A DNA stretch of 64,000 nucleotides from Hydrolagus colliei (taxonomy: Eukaryota): positions 3,100,001 through 3,164,000 of the forward strand of contig CM068772.1 of assembly GCA_035084275.1 (NCBI GenBank), read 5' to 3'. A program made the position numbers and the translations under genes. Below are positions 49,640 to 62,773 of the stretch, one piece after another. Positions within the stretch are counted from its first letter, which is position 1. Each line of letters opens with the position of its first letter. The notes under the pieces were generated by a model, which was not told where the DNA came from, ran no database searches, and worked only from the letters and a program-made list of their open reading frames with translations.

Positions 49640-50018
49640 AAGCCTTTAAAGCCCTCCATGGCCTTGCCCCATCCTACCACTGAAACCTGCTGGCCCCCTA
49701 CAAACCTACCCCCTCCCTCCACTCAGAGGGCTCCAGCCTGCTCCACGTCCCCCGACCCACCCAGGCCACCTTCGGCGGGCGAGCCTTCAGCCACTCTACC
49801 CACAACCTCTGACCATCCCGCAGTCCATGACTCGCCCCCCTCCCTGGCCTTCTTCAGGTCCCGCCTCAAGACCCGCTCTTTGACGGTCCCATCAGACACC
49901 CTTTCTGTCCACCCTCACTGATCCCGACCCTAGCTCGGCTCTGAAACACTGACTGTCCAGCGCCTTGGGACAGCCTCCCGACGTGAAACCCGCTAGACAA
50001 ATGTAACCGTGTTGTTGT
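49640..50018 (+). mobile_element. 5'-truncated L2 LINE
   Basis: FKALHGLAPSY...GGRAFSH...FRSRLKT remnants. Tail CAGCGCCTTGGGACAGCCTCCCGACGTGAAACC...GTTGTTG. Confidence 0.82.
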
Positions 50019-51379
50019 TAAATCCATCTTACTGACCAGCGCTGCACGGTTAGAAGTTTGGCACAGAGATTCCAGAAACAAAGATATTTGCCGAGCATAT
50101 GTCGGATGCATGAGGCGAAGACGCTCACACACTGGCTCCCGCCACAAACAACATCTGTGGAGTTTATCAGGCTTTGCCGACAAGACACTAAAATTAGACA
50201 AATAAACAGAAAATAAAGCGCCATCTGCTGCCAAACTGTGAGGTTCAAATAATTAATTAAAACCGAGAAAAATGGCCAACGAAGAAAGCAACAGCATATC
50301 AACGGGGAAACTGCAGCTATTTACTCATCTGCCATTTTACATCCCAGTCACTCTGCCCATACATAGAATTACTTTGCCGATGGCAATCATAGTTAGCGCG
50401 ATGCAGCGAGAGCAATTCAAGGGTGAAGGTTTATTACTTCAATTATAGCTCGGCCACAGAAAGTTATGTTGATGAATTGTCATTTTCAAATGGAGGTGGG
50501 GGGGGGGGAAGGGCGGAGAAAAGGGAAGAAAGCTAGTATCTGTCTGTCTGTCTAGAAGGATCCTGGAGGAGCTGCTATTTTAATCAGCCAGGCAGTCAGC
50601 TGTGAATTATGAGGCTTCACCGCCATGAACAGTTTTGTAAGATGATAGATTTGCTCTCCCTTCAGGAGCTGGATTCCAAGCATCCGGACAGTGGATGAGT
50701 GCTGGTGACTCATACAAGGAAAGGGGTCAGCAATCTAGTCAATCAATTTGGCCAAACGTTCTTTTCAACCGCGCTTTCGGTCACCTACTTCCCCGTCCCA
50801 CTGGCTTGGCCCCGGGATCCGTTATTGGGAAGCACTCTGGGACGCCGTCCTGCGTGGGGGGGGGGCTACATAAATCCAAGTTGTTGTGGTTGTTATTTAG
50901 AAGGGACATGAATAGGCCATTCAGGCCATCAAGTCTATTCCCCCAATTTATTACATCGTAGCAGATCTTTGAATCCATCTCCCCACTTTTCCAGTTTATA
51001 CCTTTACGTCTAAGGTAAATATCTCCCTTTAAATCATGCCAATAGATCCTGCTTGTATTCCTTCTGGGATAGTGCGGGCTGAAGAAATGCTTGGGGACCT
51101 CACTTCTAACTATGCGCGACAAGCCTCTATGCAAGTTGTTGTTGATGTAACTGGGCAAAAATCTTTTTAAGATTCCCAACAGTCAGCAATATTTCCAATC
51201 TCTGCTCTGGTTATGTTTAATATGCATTTTACCCACTGCTTCTCTTTCCCCCTCACATTTCTTCAAATCCATCTTTCATATTTCTGTTCATGGTTGAAAT
51301 AAATCGTATGAAGCACTAATGAAAAGAATGTGAGGAACGTCTCTCTCACCCTGGAGCCACTGTTAAGTTGGTTTTATAA

Positions 51380-51990
51380 ATAATTCTCCTCATCCCAGGA
51401 TAATAATAGGAAGGAAACTGTTTCCACTGGCAGGTAGTTCGATAACCGAGGGACATAGATTCAAAATAATTGGCAACAAAAACAGGAGAGTCGCGATTCT
51501 TTTTTTAACAAAACAAAAGTTGTTAAGATCAGGAATTCACTGCCTGAAAGGATGGTGGAAACAGATCCAATAACATAATTCAAAAGGCAATTGGATAGGT
51601 AATTGAAAAGGAAAAACTTTGCAAAGATATAGGAAAAGAGCGGAAGAGTGGGACTGATTAGGTGAGTCTTCCGAAATACAATGGGCCAAAATATCTCCTT
51701 CTGTGCTGTAATGTTCTATAATTCTAATCTTTCTCTCTCGTACCGCCTTCAGAGATTCCCCTGCCCACAGCCTGGGTCATGACAAAAGAACATTGCATGT
51801 GAAAACGCTATTTTTAAAATTATTTCAAAAGCAAATTAGATCATTTCTTTTAGGAAGTACATTCTTGGGAGTGCGGTATATAGTTTGGGACATGATATGG
51901 GCGTGCCACGGCGAGAATGGTGGAAGGTGAACTGGATGGACCTTGATCTTCTTTCATCCAGCAATTCTTAAGTTCTTACGTTCCTGTTCT
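51380..51990 (+). mobile_element. Two CR1-type LINE 3' end fragments
   Basis: KLFPLAGSSITEGHRFKIIG and NSLPERMVETD-like remnants ending TTCTATAATTCTA (~51725). A second family end ...GGATGGACCTTGATCTTCTTTCATCCAGCAATTCTTAAGTTCTTACGTTC (~51985). Confidence 0.72.
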
Positions 51991-52625
51991 GGGAAACTTC
52001 GTCGTGAGAACCAACATGAGAGTAAGACTTCTAAACCACTTCCCCAGGTTTGGCATAAAAGATTGTAGCTTAAGCTGCTGTTAGCAGAAACTTAAGTTTG
52101 TAAGATTCCTGAATGTCTTAAGTCAGGAACGCTGGCTGATGTGGGAGAAATGAGCAACATATATTTAGACTACAAGACCTGCTGTTGATCCACAAACCAT
52201 CATTTCTATGATCCACTCTGCTGAATAGATTACAGCACTGTGGCGCGCGTTCGTCAGTGCCTGCAAGTCCCCAGACACACTGGTCCTAATGGTTGGTGAC
52301 ACGCACACATTCCTAGGTCAGAGACTTGACGGAATTTCACCTAAATAAAACATTAGCCAATGGCAAAGAGGATATTCCAGGAGGCTGGGACAGATGAAAA
52401 ATCCAGGACTGATATGAAGAACCCAACCACAAGCCCTTTATAAAAAATAATTGATTCCAGTGTAGATATTAGCAGTCACCATGCATCTCAGGTATCAGCA
52501 CTTAGTAAGTTACAACAAGCAGCTCACATCATTCAACTCTGTCCAGAAAAATGTCTAGTCAATACTTTAACCCTAACCCTACCCCAATACTTGGTTTGCT
52601 ATGGATATGGAAGAAAGATGTTCAC

Positions 52626-53070
52626 TAAGAACATAAGAAGAGGTCCTAACCTCAGTGGTTAGAGCACTCGCCTTGCAAGCGAGAGACCTGGGTTCAATTC
52701 CAGGCAGGACGAAACCTTCAGCAAGTTTCCTTACTCCACACACCTGACTGTTCAACGCCTTGGGACTTCATCTCGACGTGAGAGGCGCTCTACAAATCTA
52801 ATTTTGTTGTTGTGGTTGTTGAAAAGCGTGATATCAAACGGAAGGATTATTATTATTATTAAGGTCAGCTGGACAAAAGAAGACCAAGGTTCATCCAGTA
52901 CACATTCCATCCTAGCAATCCCGTGCACACGTCACGTCCCAAACTATATATTGTATCCCACATCATTATTTCCTGATAGAAATCTATCTAATTTGCGTTT
53001 GAAAGCATTTTCTGCTTCCACCGTCTGTCTCCTTAGGGAGCCTGTTCCTTACATTGGCTGCATTTTGGTG
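52626..53070. mobile_element. Nested insertion: CR1 3' end (minus) split by a SINE (plus) that contains an L2 tail
   Basis: TAAGAACATAAGAA | tRNA-Ala head 52640-52743 | L2 tail to (GTT)n at ~52820 | SINE tail to (ATT)n at 52860 | GCTGGACAAAAGAAGACCAAGGTTCATCCAGT (CR1 resumes). Confidence 0.7.
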
Positions 53071-54049
53071 AATAGGGAAGGAACACTGAGGACAGAAGAT
53101 ATTTAAACAGCTACTTTCAAACAGAAAGTAGGTTTTTCTTTTTTTTAAAATCTATCTGAAGAAGCTCTTACAATCTTACCAGGAAATAAATGGAATCATT
53201 TTCACTCACTCCAAAACACCATAACTCAAACTGCATTTATATCACTCAAAATTTAGAAAAACACTCACATGCTGTCTCAATCGTGATAAATCACCATCCC
53301 CGAGGATCCATACACCACATAAAAAACGTCCAACCTCTCAGTCTGTCATAATTCAAAAATAACAACAGTTTCTGCATTCTCTACATAATTCATTAAAATG
53401 TCCAGTATTCCAAGTGGGTACCTCTCTCGCACAAAAATATCTCTCGCTGCAAATGTCAAATGGCAGATCCATAAGTAAAGTTGACGGCTGCTTTTACCAG
53501 TGATATTTATCATTTCTGACTCAAGTCATTGGAGAAGAAGCAAACGAGCTCCGGCCAAACCAGTTGTAAAACGGGAAAAGTGCATTGGCTTGACTTGATA
53601 TTTCCCAATGTTTATATTTCCCCCCCTCACCCCCCCCCCCCCCCCCCCCACCAGCCAATCAATTCCAATCTATATAAATGACCGATTACATAAATAGATT
53701 TATTTCTCCGCCACACTCCGTCATTTAAATAATGATACCTCATTATGATACTGTTTCGAATCACAGAAATTTACATAACAGAAGGTGGCTATTCAGCCCA
53801 TCACATCTGTGTTCAAAGTGTAATCCATTTAATCGCACTCACTTTCTTTTCCTTCCTCCCTTCCCTCACCCCTTTATGTTGTTCCTTTTCAATTATTTAA
53901 TTCCCTTTTTAAAGCCAATATTGATTATTTCCAACTAAGGTTTTGGTTGTGCAAACTCTCCCATGTCACAGAAATACTCTCCTCACCTCTCCTTTGTTTT
54001 CTTGTTTAATGATCTTAAATTGATGTCATAACAATCCTGTACCATTTCA

Positions 54050-54352
54050 CATTGTTGAGATGTCTCAAAGCGCTTCACAGAAAATATTGTAAAGTGGAAT
54101 GACTGGATTTTGTGGACGAAACGGTGCGGCCAATTGCACACAGTGGTGTCCCACAAACACTCGTGGATTGAGTGACCAATTTGTTTTTCAAAGTTGGTAG
54201 GAATTATTAACTATTAAGGAAAGCGATCCACCAATCACCAAAAAAAACTCATTTCTACTTACTGCTAGGTAAACAAAAAGTATGTGGAGTAACGTTTTGC
54301 CCTGTCTGGGAATCGAACCTGGGTCCTCTCGCTCATTATGATACAGGACTCC
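54050..54352 (-). mobile_element. tRNA-derived SINE
   Basis: Reverse strand GGAGTCCTGTA...CCAGGTTCGATTCCCAG head, and a TGTGCAATTGGCCGCACCGTTTCGTCCACAAAAT...TCTGTGAAGCGCTTTGAGAC body and tail. Confidence 0.75.
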
Positions 54353-54417
54353 GTGATATCCTCTAGTTACTCACCCACTGACCATTATTTTCAGCTACGA
54401 TTCCATACATGTCTCAC

Positions 54418-54516
54418 CTTAATTTGCTCCACCTCTTCAGACAGTTCTTGCATTTCATGCAGCAGTCGCTGGTATTTCTGCTGTGGGCTCTCCTTTACGC
54501 CACTTCCCTCTCCCAG
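54418..54516 (-). CDS. DCTN2: DCTN2 coding exon (99 nt)
   Basis: tgtag|CTG...AAG|gtgaga. [33 protein letters not shown]. Confidence 0.95.
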
Positions 54517-55497
54517 CTACAGAGGAACAAAGCAACGGGAACAATTGATTAATTCAGTTTTACTATCAGAAGACAGAGGCCTTTTGAGCCTGAAAGAAGA
54601 GTTCATTGGAAACAAATTCCTAGCACAAATGCTTAACTGTGCTAAGGATCATGAGCAGAGAGTCATATAGCATTTAAACTGTTTCCAATGTTTGAACACA
54701 GTATTTTTAACGTCCTGAAAGGGACCAACCTTGTGCCTAACGGAGATTGCACTTCCAGCTGTTAAACTGGTACAAGAAGATCAAGTAAATCGAACTCCCA
54801 ACTTCTCTTTAGGGTATTGGTGCATGGAGTAGATCGACACTATAATTGATGCAAGACAGAACAAGAGAGATTCCAAAACGACAGGATCCCCTACTTGTCA
54901 GCTCCTTTGGACGTGAAAGGCGCTGTACAAATGCAATTTGTTATTGTTGTGTAAGCTTCACTGATGGCTGACGAAAGAGGGCCAGTGAATAGAAACAGAG
55001 AATCCTACAGTACAGAAGGAAGCTGGTTCTTTAATGCTGTAGAAAAGGAAATTGTCAATAATACCCCCCTCCCTACCTCATTTTCCTAATACTGTACGCC
55101 AGTATTTTTTCCCAGTGATTAGGTGGAGTGGGTGTGAATGTTATTGCCTTGCTATGTGGGACTCACAAGAGGAACTTGGGTTGGTTTGTTCTTTCCTTTG
55201 GGTAAGTGCAACACTAAAGACTCACGCAAGATCAGTCAACTCTCAATCAAGGAATCAGACACAAAACACACACCATGTGTGTTCTTCTCTGTCAGATATT
55301 TAAAGAAATGCTTAAAAAAGAGCTCATATCTATTCCCTCTAGCCTTTCTTTTATTGCTGTCAATATTTCACTTTGCAGTTTGTACTTGAAACTCGGTCTG
55401 AACACAACTCGAGAAGCTCCAGAGATCAGTAAGTCTATGTGCAAATAAAAAAAATCAAGACATCAACATTGGCAATGCTTGATCATTTCATATTTAC

Positions 55498-55559
55498 CAT
55501 CTCGTAATCTCCAGTTTCATAGCCAGTTCTTCTCGATTTGCTGATCCGATCTGAAAAGT
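55498..55559 (-). CDS. DCTN2: DCTN2 coding exon (62 nt)
   Basis: tgcag|AC...ATG|gtaaat. (D)FSDRISKSRRTGYETGDYEM. Confidence 0.95.
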
Positions 55560-55963
55560 CTGCAGCATAGCACACATTAATAATCAATAAGCAGCTTTTT
55601 CAGAAAATGATTTAACTAAAAATGAGCAATACCATGTTGTATATGCTCATAATACAGACGTCTACAGTACTATTTACTGTATACACAAGCGCTGCTATAT
55701 GCAAACTACCCACGTGACGGGCACTATATAAATACAAGCTGTGCTTATCGTATTGGTTGCTTGTATGCTCGGAGAAAGGCTTAAGTACAACAACAACAAC
55801 AAATTACATTTATAGAGCGCCTTTCACGTCGGGAGGACGTCCCAAGGCGCTGCAGAAGCAGACAAATACTAGGGAAATGCATCTAGTACAGTGTAGGAGA
55901 ACTAGTCAATATTCCAAGGGAACAGTGAAACATGGAAAAGAAATATATCTGTTGGGTTCTTAC

Positions 55964-56060
55964 CAATGTCTTTGGTGCTAACTCGTTTGTCTTTAAATTT
56001 GTCATAAGAAGCATTTGGATTGACCACAATGCGCTCCACGCTCTCGCTGTTCAGCTCCTC
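55964..56060 (-). CDS. DCTN2: DCTN2 coding exon (97 nt); the first constitutive exons lie beyond the right edge
   Basis: tgcag|GAG...ATT G|gtaaga. [32 protein letters not shown] versus human [32 protein letters not shown]. Confidence 0.95.
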
Positions 56061-59000
56061 CTGCATATAAGCAAATCATTAGGGTTCAGCTGACAAGCAA
56101 ACCAACACAAAGGATTACACACAGAATGAAGAAGTAATCAAAGCAATGGGGTTGCAAAAGGAAAAATCCCAAAGCACAACACAATGCAGGAAGTGGGATT
56201 CATTCTGTAATTCAATGCTTGCTGGAGTGCTTATAATTCGTATCAAGCGCATGCAAATTTTTAATATGTATGTGTACAATTTTTTTTAAAAAGGGTACGC
56301 TAACAAGCATAGTAACATGAGTTTAGCTGGTTTGATTCTTGCAAGTCACAAGACTCCAAACTAACACTGAGCATAGCCACGTGCGATCATAATATCACCA
56401 GCACCTACCATGGGTCCACACTATGTAACTACCACTCTGCAATCTAATGGTGTATCGCTACCTCACATACAATGATTGACTACGTATTGAAATATATAAT
56501 AATGTATTCCTAACATCCTCAAAACAATACGACTGATTTCTAGGCATCTGACAGGTTGCCAGAAGGATAGCTGAGGTCAGGACACTAGAATCATTTTTTT
56601 TTAAATGCTTGATGCTGTAACCGTAGGAAAATAGGATAAGTATTCAGGAAGGGTGAGATCAGATGGGCTGAAGGGCGTTCTTCATCCAAACTAATCTGGT
56701 GATTTGGATCGACAATTAAAATTACAACTCAGGACCATCCCAGAAATAAAGGGAGTTTAAAACTTTTTTAAAAACAAACATTGCACTACATATGTTTCTT
56801 ATAAAACAAATCTTTTAGTGTAATGCTTGACATTTGGAAAATATTGTACTGCAAATTGTTCTCATGATCTAGTCGGGCTTCAGCCTGACCACTTTGGCTG
56901 TTGAGCAGCTTTGTCATTTTGCTCATGGGTCTTGAGCTTTGGAAATCTGCCATAATACAAAACATTAAACATCAGACTCCCTGTTATGTTCCCACTAATT
57001 GCTCATTTTCAACATGTTCAATCTTAAATAAAATTCAAGCTCTACACTTCAAAGTTGTTTTTAAAAAGTGTGCTCAGTGTAAGTATCTGTCTGAACGTGG
57101 ATCTAAGATCCACATCATTCTCGGAATCATTAAAAGCAATCATCAGACCTTCAATCAATCATTAATTAATGTCATCATTACATAAGGCATTTCAAGCAGT
57201 TTCTTTTACATGAAAGGCGGGCACTATATAAATAGAAGTTGTTGTTCAATGGCTTTCCGGCAATTGGAACACTTTCTAAACCCCTTCTTCTCCTGAATAA
57301 AGATGGATTTCTTTTTTAAAAAATTGGACTTAATTTGGTTGATGCAGAAACCGCAAACTAATTTTTTGGGAACAATGTAATTGGAGAGCTGCTTGCTCCA
57401 GCAATACAGATGGGACTAAGCAAATCTTATAAGTACTGTACAGTAATTCATCTGAAATTGCACTCAGCTCCTACAGTTACGTAATGCAGACCAACCAGAT
57501 TATCTCCTCAGAATCAACCTTTGATTGTTAACACTCCACGCATCATTGGGAACATGCAAACCAGCCGAATTAAAGGCAATTTCTGATCTCTGATTGCATT
57601 GATGTTCAAGTCTTTATCACACTAAATCAATCCCCTATCCATCAGACAATCAGCATTAACAACTCACATTTGAGCCATTGCCCTGCAATTTAACCTGTTT
57701 ACTTTCCTCCCTTCCAGGAGGGGTCTTGGTTACTACCCCGTCCTCTGATCTGCTCCCTACTGAAGACTGTGTTAGAACCTCATTGAAAAGGTACAGAAAA
57801 TTTCTTTCAAATGTTATATGACAAAAGATAACTCATGATAATTATTTGATGGTCCCAAAGGTTTGAGTTCGCATAAAATTTCAAACAACAAGACTGTTGT
57901 AATTATATAGCACTTGTATAATAATGCTTGCATTTGATATAGCTCACGTCTTCTAGACAACTCAAAGCATTTCACAGAATATACTGTGAAGTAATTGACT
58001 GTATATTTGTGGGCGAAACGCAGCAGCGCACAGCAGTGCCCCACATACGGTCGTGAATTGTGTGACCAAATTATTCGGGGTTTTTTTAGGAATTATTATT
58101 AATTATTATTATATCATTTTATGATATAATACATATTCTGACACTACATATTCTATCCCACAATAGATGTTGTGTGACTCATCAAGCAAGCTATGGCAAT
58201 TTTTCTATTAATGTAGTAGCAAAAATCTAATGTATTAGTATTGATATTTGTTCTTCAATATATAATGGTTGATTTTAACTCAAATATACAGTTGTGCCAC
58301 AATGGTTAATTTATTAATATGAATGATCGGCTCCACAAAAACTCTTCACCCTCTGATGACACTCAACAGGGTGGAGGGAATAACATTGAAGATGTAATTA
58401 AGCTCATTTCATGGTTGCCAAATGAAATTAATTTATAGGGAATTAAATTACTTGGAAGTGACAAGGCCATTTAGTAGATAGTAAGGAACAATTTAAGTCC
58501 ATGCTCATTTAACCTCTTGACAAGATTAAAAGACAGAATATTACAAATAATAATATGATATGGAATTTTTTTAAAAAATCTTTATAAGCCCAGAGAAACC
58601 TAAAACAATTAATTTTGACCAGACTATAAATAAAAGGTGTAGCACACAAAACATTTCCCCTCTCAATTTGACTTTATTGAATCTTACTCAGACTTTGTTG
58701 TTGTAAAAATAAATGCTCTTACCAAAAGAATCAAATCAATAGCTTTTAGGAAATAAAATCCTAAATTAGCAGAAAAACATAAAGGTAAATGTGACTAGAT
58801 TTCCAATCTCTGATTCTTCGATCAGAGGAAATTGGCATGACATACTGTCAATTTTCCACAAGTCTTCGACCCTTATAGGAGAACATGCTACAGATCTTTG
58901 TAAGAGATAAACAAATTGCTAAGATTTATCCAACTCCCAGTTAAGATGCAATCAATGCAAGTGAGAACAATTTTGAATTTTGTTTAACATTCACAGATCC

Positions 59001-59084
59001 TCAAGCTATTGTAGCCCTGAAAGGGTTGAAAGACTTGACATTGTAGCACAAAGATTAGAAGTGTTCAAAGGTCAGGCTTCTTAC

Positions 59085-59090
59085 CAGCTC
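59085..59090 (-). CDS. DCTN2: DCTN2 6-nt microexon (Glu-Leu)
   Basis: Minus strand: ~80-nt pyrimidine tract ...ttcttccttctttggaattgcaag|GAGCTG|gtaaga. Matches the EL insert of human DCTN2 isoforms (…AEFDA-EL-EELT…). Confidence 0.85.
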
Positions 59091-60264
59091 CTTGCAATTC
59101 CAAAGAAGGAAGAATTAGAAGTGAAAAAAGTGGGAGGAGGAAAGGGGAGTGGGAGTGGGAGAGGGAAAAGAGACACAGTGAGAAATTAATAAGATGTTAC
59201 ACAAAGCACAACATAACATTATTAGTGCTCATACAACATTCAAAGCTTCACAGAACAGTTCCCATAATAAGTGCATTGTTGTTCAGTTCATACCAGGTCC
59301 CATTCTTACGCATTATTAAAAAAAAACTTTCAATTCTGATCACAGAATTCAACCATTTCATTGATTGGAGGCAAAGGGAAGAAAACATAATAATGTGGAC
59401 TCAATAAATCAGAAAATCGCTGAGATTCTATTAATATATTAATTTAAAGTGTTCCCGGTTACACTTGTTTGAATGATTTAATAATGACATTAGAATTGTT
59501 GAATAAATAATAAATCAAACTGTAAGATTTCCATGAACCTATACAGTGGTTTGAACAGGATTGTATTAAGAGCTGGATGAGGACATGCAATAAAAAGCAA
59601 TGGGGTGATGATATGAAGTAGCTCAGCTGAGGAAGGGAAAACAAATAACAACAACAAAATTACATTTATAATGGGAGCAAGGACAGATAGGTAACATGAA
59701 GTGGTAGGTATTGAGTTCACAGTTCTAATCTAAGCCCAGGCTAACATAAGGAGGTGACAAAAGGAGGTCAGACACCTTCATAAGGAAGGAAAAAATTACC
59801 GTACGTTTAGGCAATCTAATCACTCTCAGCATACTTCAAGCTGCTGGTGATAAGAAAATAGTACTGGCAGAAGTCAGAGCAAGTCAACTACCCAGTCTAA
59901 CAGCCAAAAATAATGTATGGAGGCTTGGAGGGAATAGAATAACTCCATATGAAGCAGGCGTTTCAGAGAATGGAAGAGCAGATTCCCATTTATGCACTTT
60001 GAGACATCGATAAGACGGAAAGCGCTATATAAATGTAAGGATTATTATTATTATTATTATTTATAATGTTATGCTTCACAGAGCATCCATTTCCTTAAGA
60101 TCCTGATGCATTACAGAATAGCTTTCTGGGATGATGCACCTCATTTGTTCATCCTGACAGTTTTAACATTCACACACTGAAAATCAACCAAGTAGAAAAA
60201 TTACCGCGTAATGTTTAGATGGGTCCTGAGCAAAGGTAGATGAATTTAATGTTCTAACATCCTG

Positions 60265-60510
60265 CACCATAGAATTATACAGCACAGAAGGAGGCCATTC
60301 AGTCCACCGTGCCTGTGCCAGCTCTTGAAACAGCTGTCCAAATTAATCCCGCTCCCCCACTCTCTTCCCATAGCCTTACAAATTTGTCCTCCCCAAATAT
60401 CTGTCCATTTCTATCTTGAAAGTTAGCGAATCTGCTTCTATCGTATTTTCAAGCAGAGCATTCCAGGCCAAATAACTCACTGAGAGAAAAATAATTCTCA
60501 TCCCCCCTGC
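60265..60510 (-). mobile_element. CR1-type LINE 3' fragment
   Basis: CATAGAATTATACAGCACAGAAGGAGGCCATTCAGTCCACCGTGCCTGTGCCAGCTCTT is the reverse of a CR1 3' end similar to 51660-51725. Confidence 0.7.
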
Positions 60511-62224
60511 TCTGTGTTTTTTTTGCAATCAGAGATGGCAGCATTCTCGTTTTTAAACAGTGGATCACACATCATGCAACTTTCACATGGATTTCAGGAA
60601 TATATTTTAGTGTTTAAAAAAAACGAAAACAATCTTGAACCAAGAAAGGTGAAGGCTCAAGCGAACTCAACTGGGGTTAACTCAAATCTTCAACACATCA
60701 TGCCTTGAAATTCACATTCTAAAGAGTTTATACCTCCAATGAGATGCATCCCAAATAATTTCAAAACTAATTACTACTCTTGAACCTTTAAAATAAAGCA
60801 CAAAAGTGAACAATATGCCTCCCCACCCCATTCATAACTTATGCAAAATGCATACAACACTGGTGTAATGCTCACCCACATGGACAATAGTACTTTTGAA
60901 CTCTTCTTCCCAGCAATCAGGGAGAATACTTCTAAGAATTCAGGTTATTAATGTGCCTATTGCTGTTTCATATACTGTAATATATAATAATAATAGCATT
61001 AGATATAGCACCCCTTATCACATCTTTGAGATGTCTCAAAGCACATCATGGAATCTACTGTAAGTGATGATCCATTACAGATGCATGCTTTTAATGAATC
61101 AATATTGTAAGGCACCAGGTTTTATCATTATGTTCAGAGGCAGAAGGTAAGCGGCATTCTGGTTGGAAATTTAAGCTTTCACGTCCTTATTCCAAATCAA
61201 TTTGATATTGAAGATACAGCTCTCTGGCAATAATATTGAATAATTGAAACACAATACTGGATCCTTCTGACTGATTTCACTGTGCAAGGAAATTGCACAG
61301 TGATTATTGTCTCCTGGCAATGTGACTATAGCTCGATGGATGTGGGGTGGGGAGGGGGGTGAAATGAATGTGCAAGGCACAGAGTTACAACATACACCAT
61401 GTAAAAACAGGAGATTCTGAACAGGTAGGTTCAGAAAGTTGAGCCATACCCAAAACACTAGCAAAAAAAACAGGATTTCAATCAACAAAATTTATTCAGA
61501 ATCAAATATTTTCTATGACAAATAGTTTACAGCACAATCCCTCTAGAATTAAATTTTCAGAAATCACTTGACTTCACCCCAGCCCAGTCTGTTATGTGAC
61601 TCAGCTCCAGTTCTTTTTCCCAAAAGAAGTAAACAGATAATGGGATTTATAAAGCAAGACACAAAAACATGAAAGTTAACCTGTTTGTAAAGTAAATTAC
61701 AATAAATTTAACATATTATTATTAAAATATTAATCTTTAGGACTTGGATCTCACCTGGAGAGATTGTGCAGTACACTTTGAACTTTTTTAACCCTCTAAA
61801 TATAGGAATTCAACATAATCAAATACAACTCGTAAGCTTTTTACCCAGATTACTACAAAACATACACTATTGCAATTTTATATATTTGTGGATATGGCAA
61901 ATATGTGACTTAACATTGGATATAATGACATGAATGACAGTAGATAAATCACCTGCAATATCTAATCCAATGCTCACGCCTCAAGAAATCAAAACTATTC
62001 ATTTAAACGAATAGTAATGCTTGATTATAATTAAAGAAAACTGATAGAATTTTAAAGCTAACATTAACTAAATTAATCAGAGGAAACGACTTTTTAATAT
62101 GAATCACTGACAGCCAATGCAGTCAACTGCACATTATAAATGTGGTAGTCCATGTCACAATTTAACCATGTGAAGATTGGAATGGACATTCATCAGATCA
62201 GGCTCATGTTATTCTTATATTTCC

Positions 62225-62612
62225 AATGTTGGTCGCCTATGAATTCCAACCCTGGTTTTGAGCACCTGCTACCAACTGCACCCACTAAACTGTTCTAGTT
62301 CAGTACAGTGTGGGTAAGGTGCAGGATAAAGCTTCCTTTAAATTGCATCTAACAAAGTGCTTTATCCCACCGTCTGCATTTCCATTTGCCACAAGTACCA
62401 TCACTGTAGCTGCTTGGTGCAAAATTGCTCTCAGATCAGTGAAAAATTAAGCTTTGTGCTGTGGTGGACTCACAATCACCAGTAACCAGGAAGCTCACTG
62501 CACCTTCCAGCCAGCAGCAGGAGAAAACTGGCATCCTATCTGTCTGAGCTCGTGGAGCTCAAGCCTCAGACATTAAAGGACAGGATTCTAAACCAGTGAT
62601 ACCACCCAGTCC
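62225..62612 (-). mobile_element. Old SINE-like element with possible LF-SINE affinity
   Basis: Reverse strand starts GGACTGGGTGGTATCACTGGTTTAG...CCTTTAATGTCTGAGG and contains GGAAGCTTTATCCTGCACCTTACCCACACTGTAC. Resemblance from memory only. Confidence 0.35.
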
Positions 62613-62710
62613 TTGTACCTCAGTTGGAATCCCAGAGCTCAGATGCACTGAAGTGATGCTAATGATTCACACTTTTCTATATGGCAATGCAGCACAGCAA
62701 AGTGGAATTG

Positions 62711-62738
62711 CATGCAGAATACATAACAAAAGCATGCA
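62711..62738 (-). promoter_or_regulatory. Two RBFOX-type UGCAUG intronic motifs downstream of the 9-nt microexon
   Basis: CATGCA on plus at 62711-62716 and 62733-62738 = TGCATG on the transcribed strand, at +49 and +27 nt from the microexon donor. Confidence 0.65.
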
Positions 62739-62764
62739 AAATAGTAGCATTTGAAAACTCTTAC

Positions 62765-62773
62765 TTGCGCAAA
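62765..62773 (-). CDS. DCTN2: DCTN2 9-nt microexon (Phe-Ala-Gln)
   Basis: Minus strand ...ctttcccctttgacttcgttgcctggacactag|TTTGCGCAA|gtaaga. With the 6-nt microexon it rebuilds FAQ-EL-EEL, the insert of the longest human DCTN2 isoform. Confidence 0.87.
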
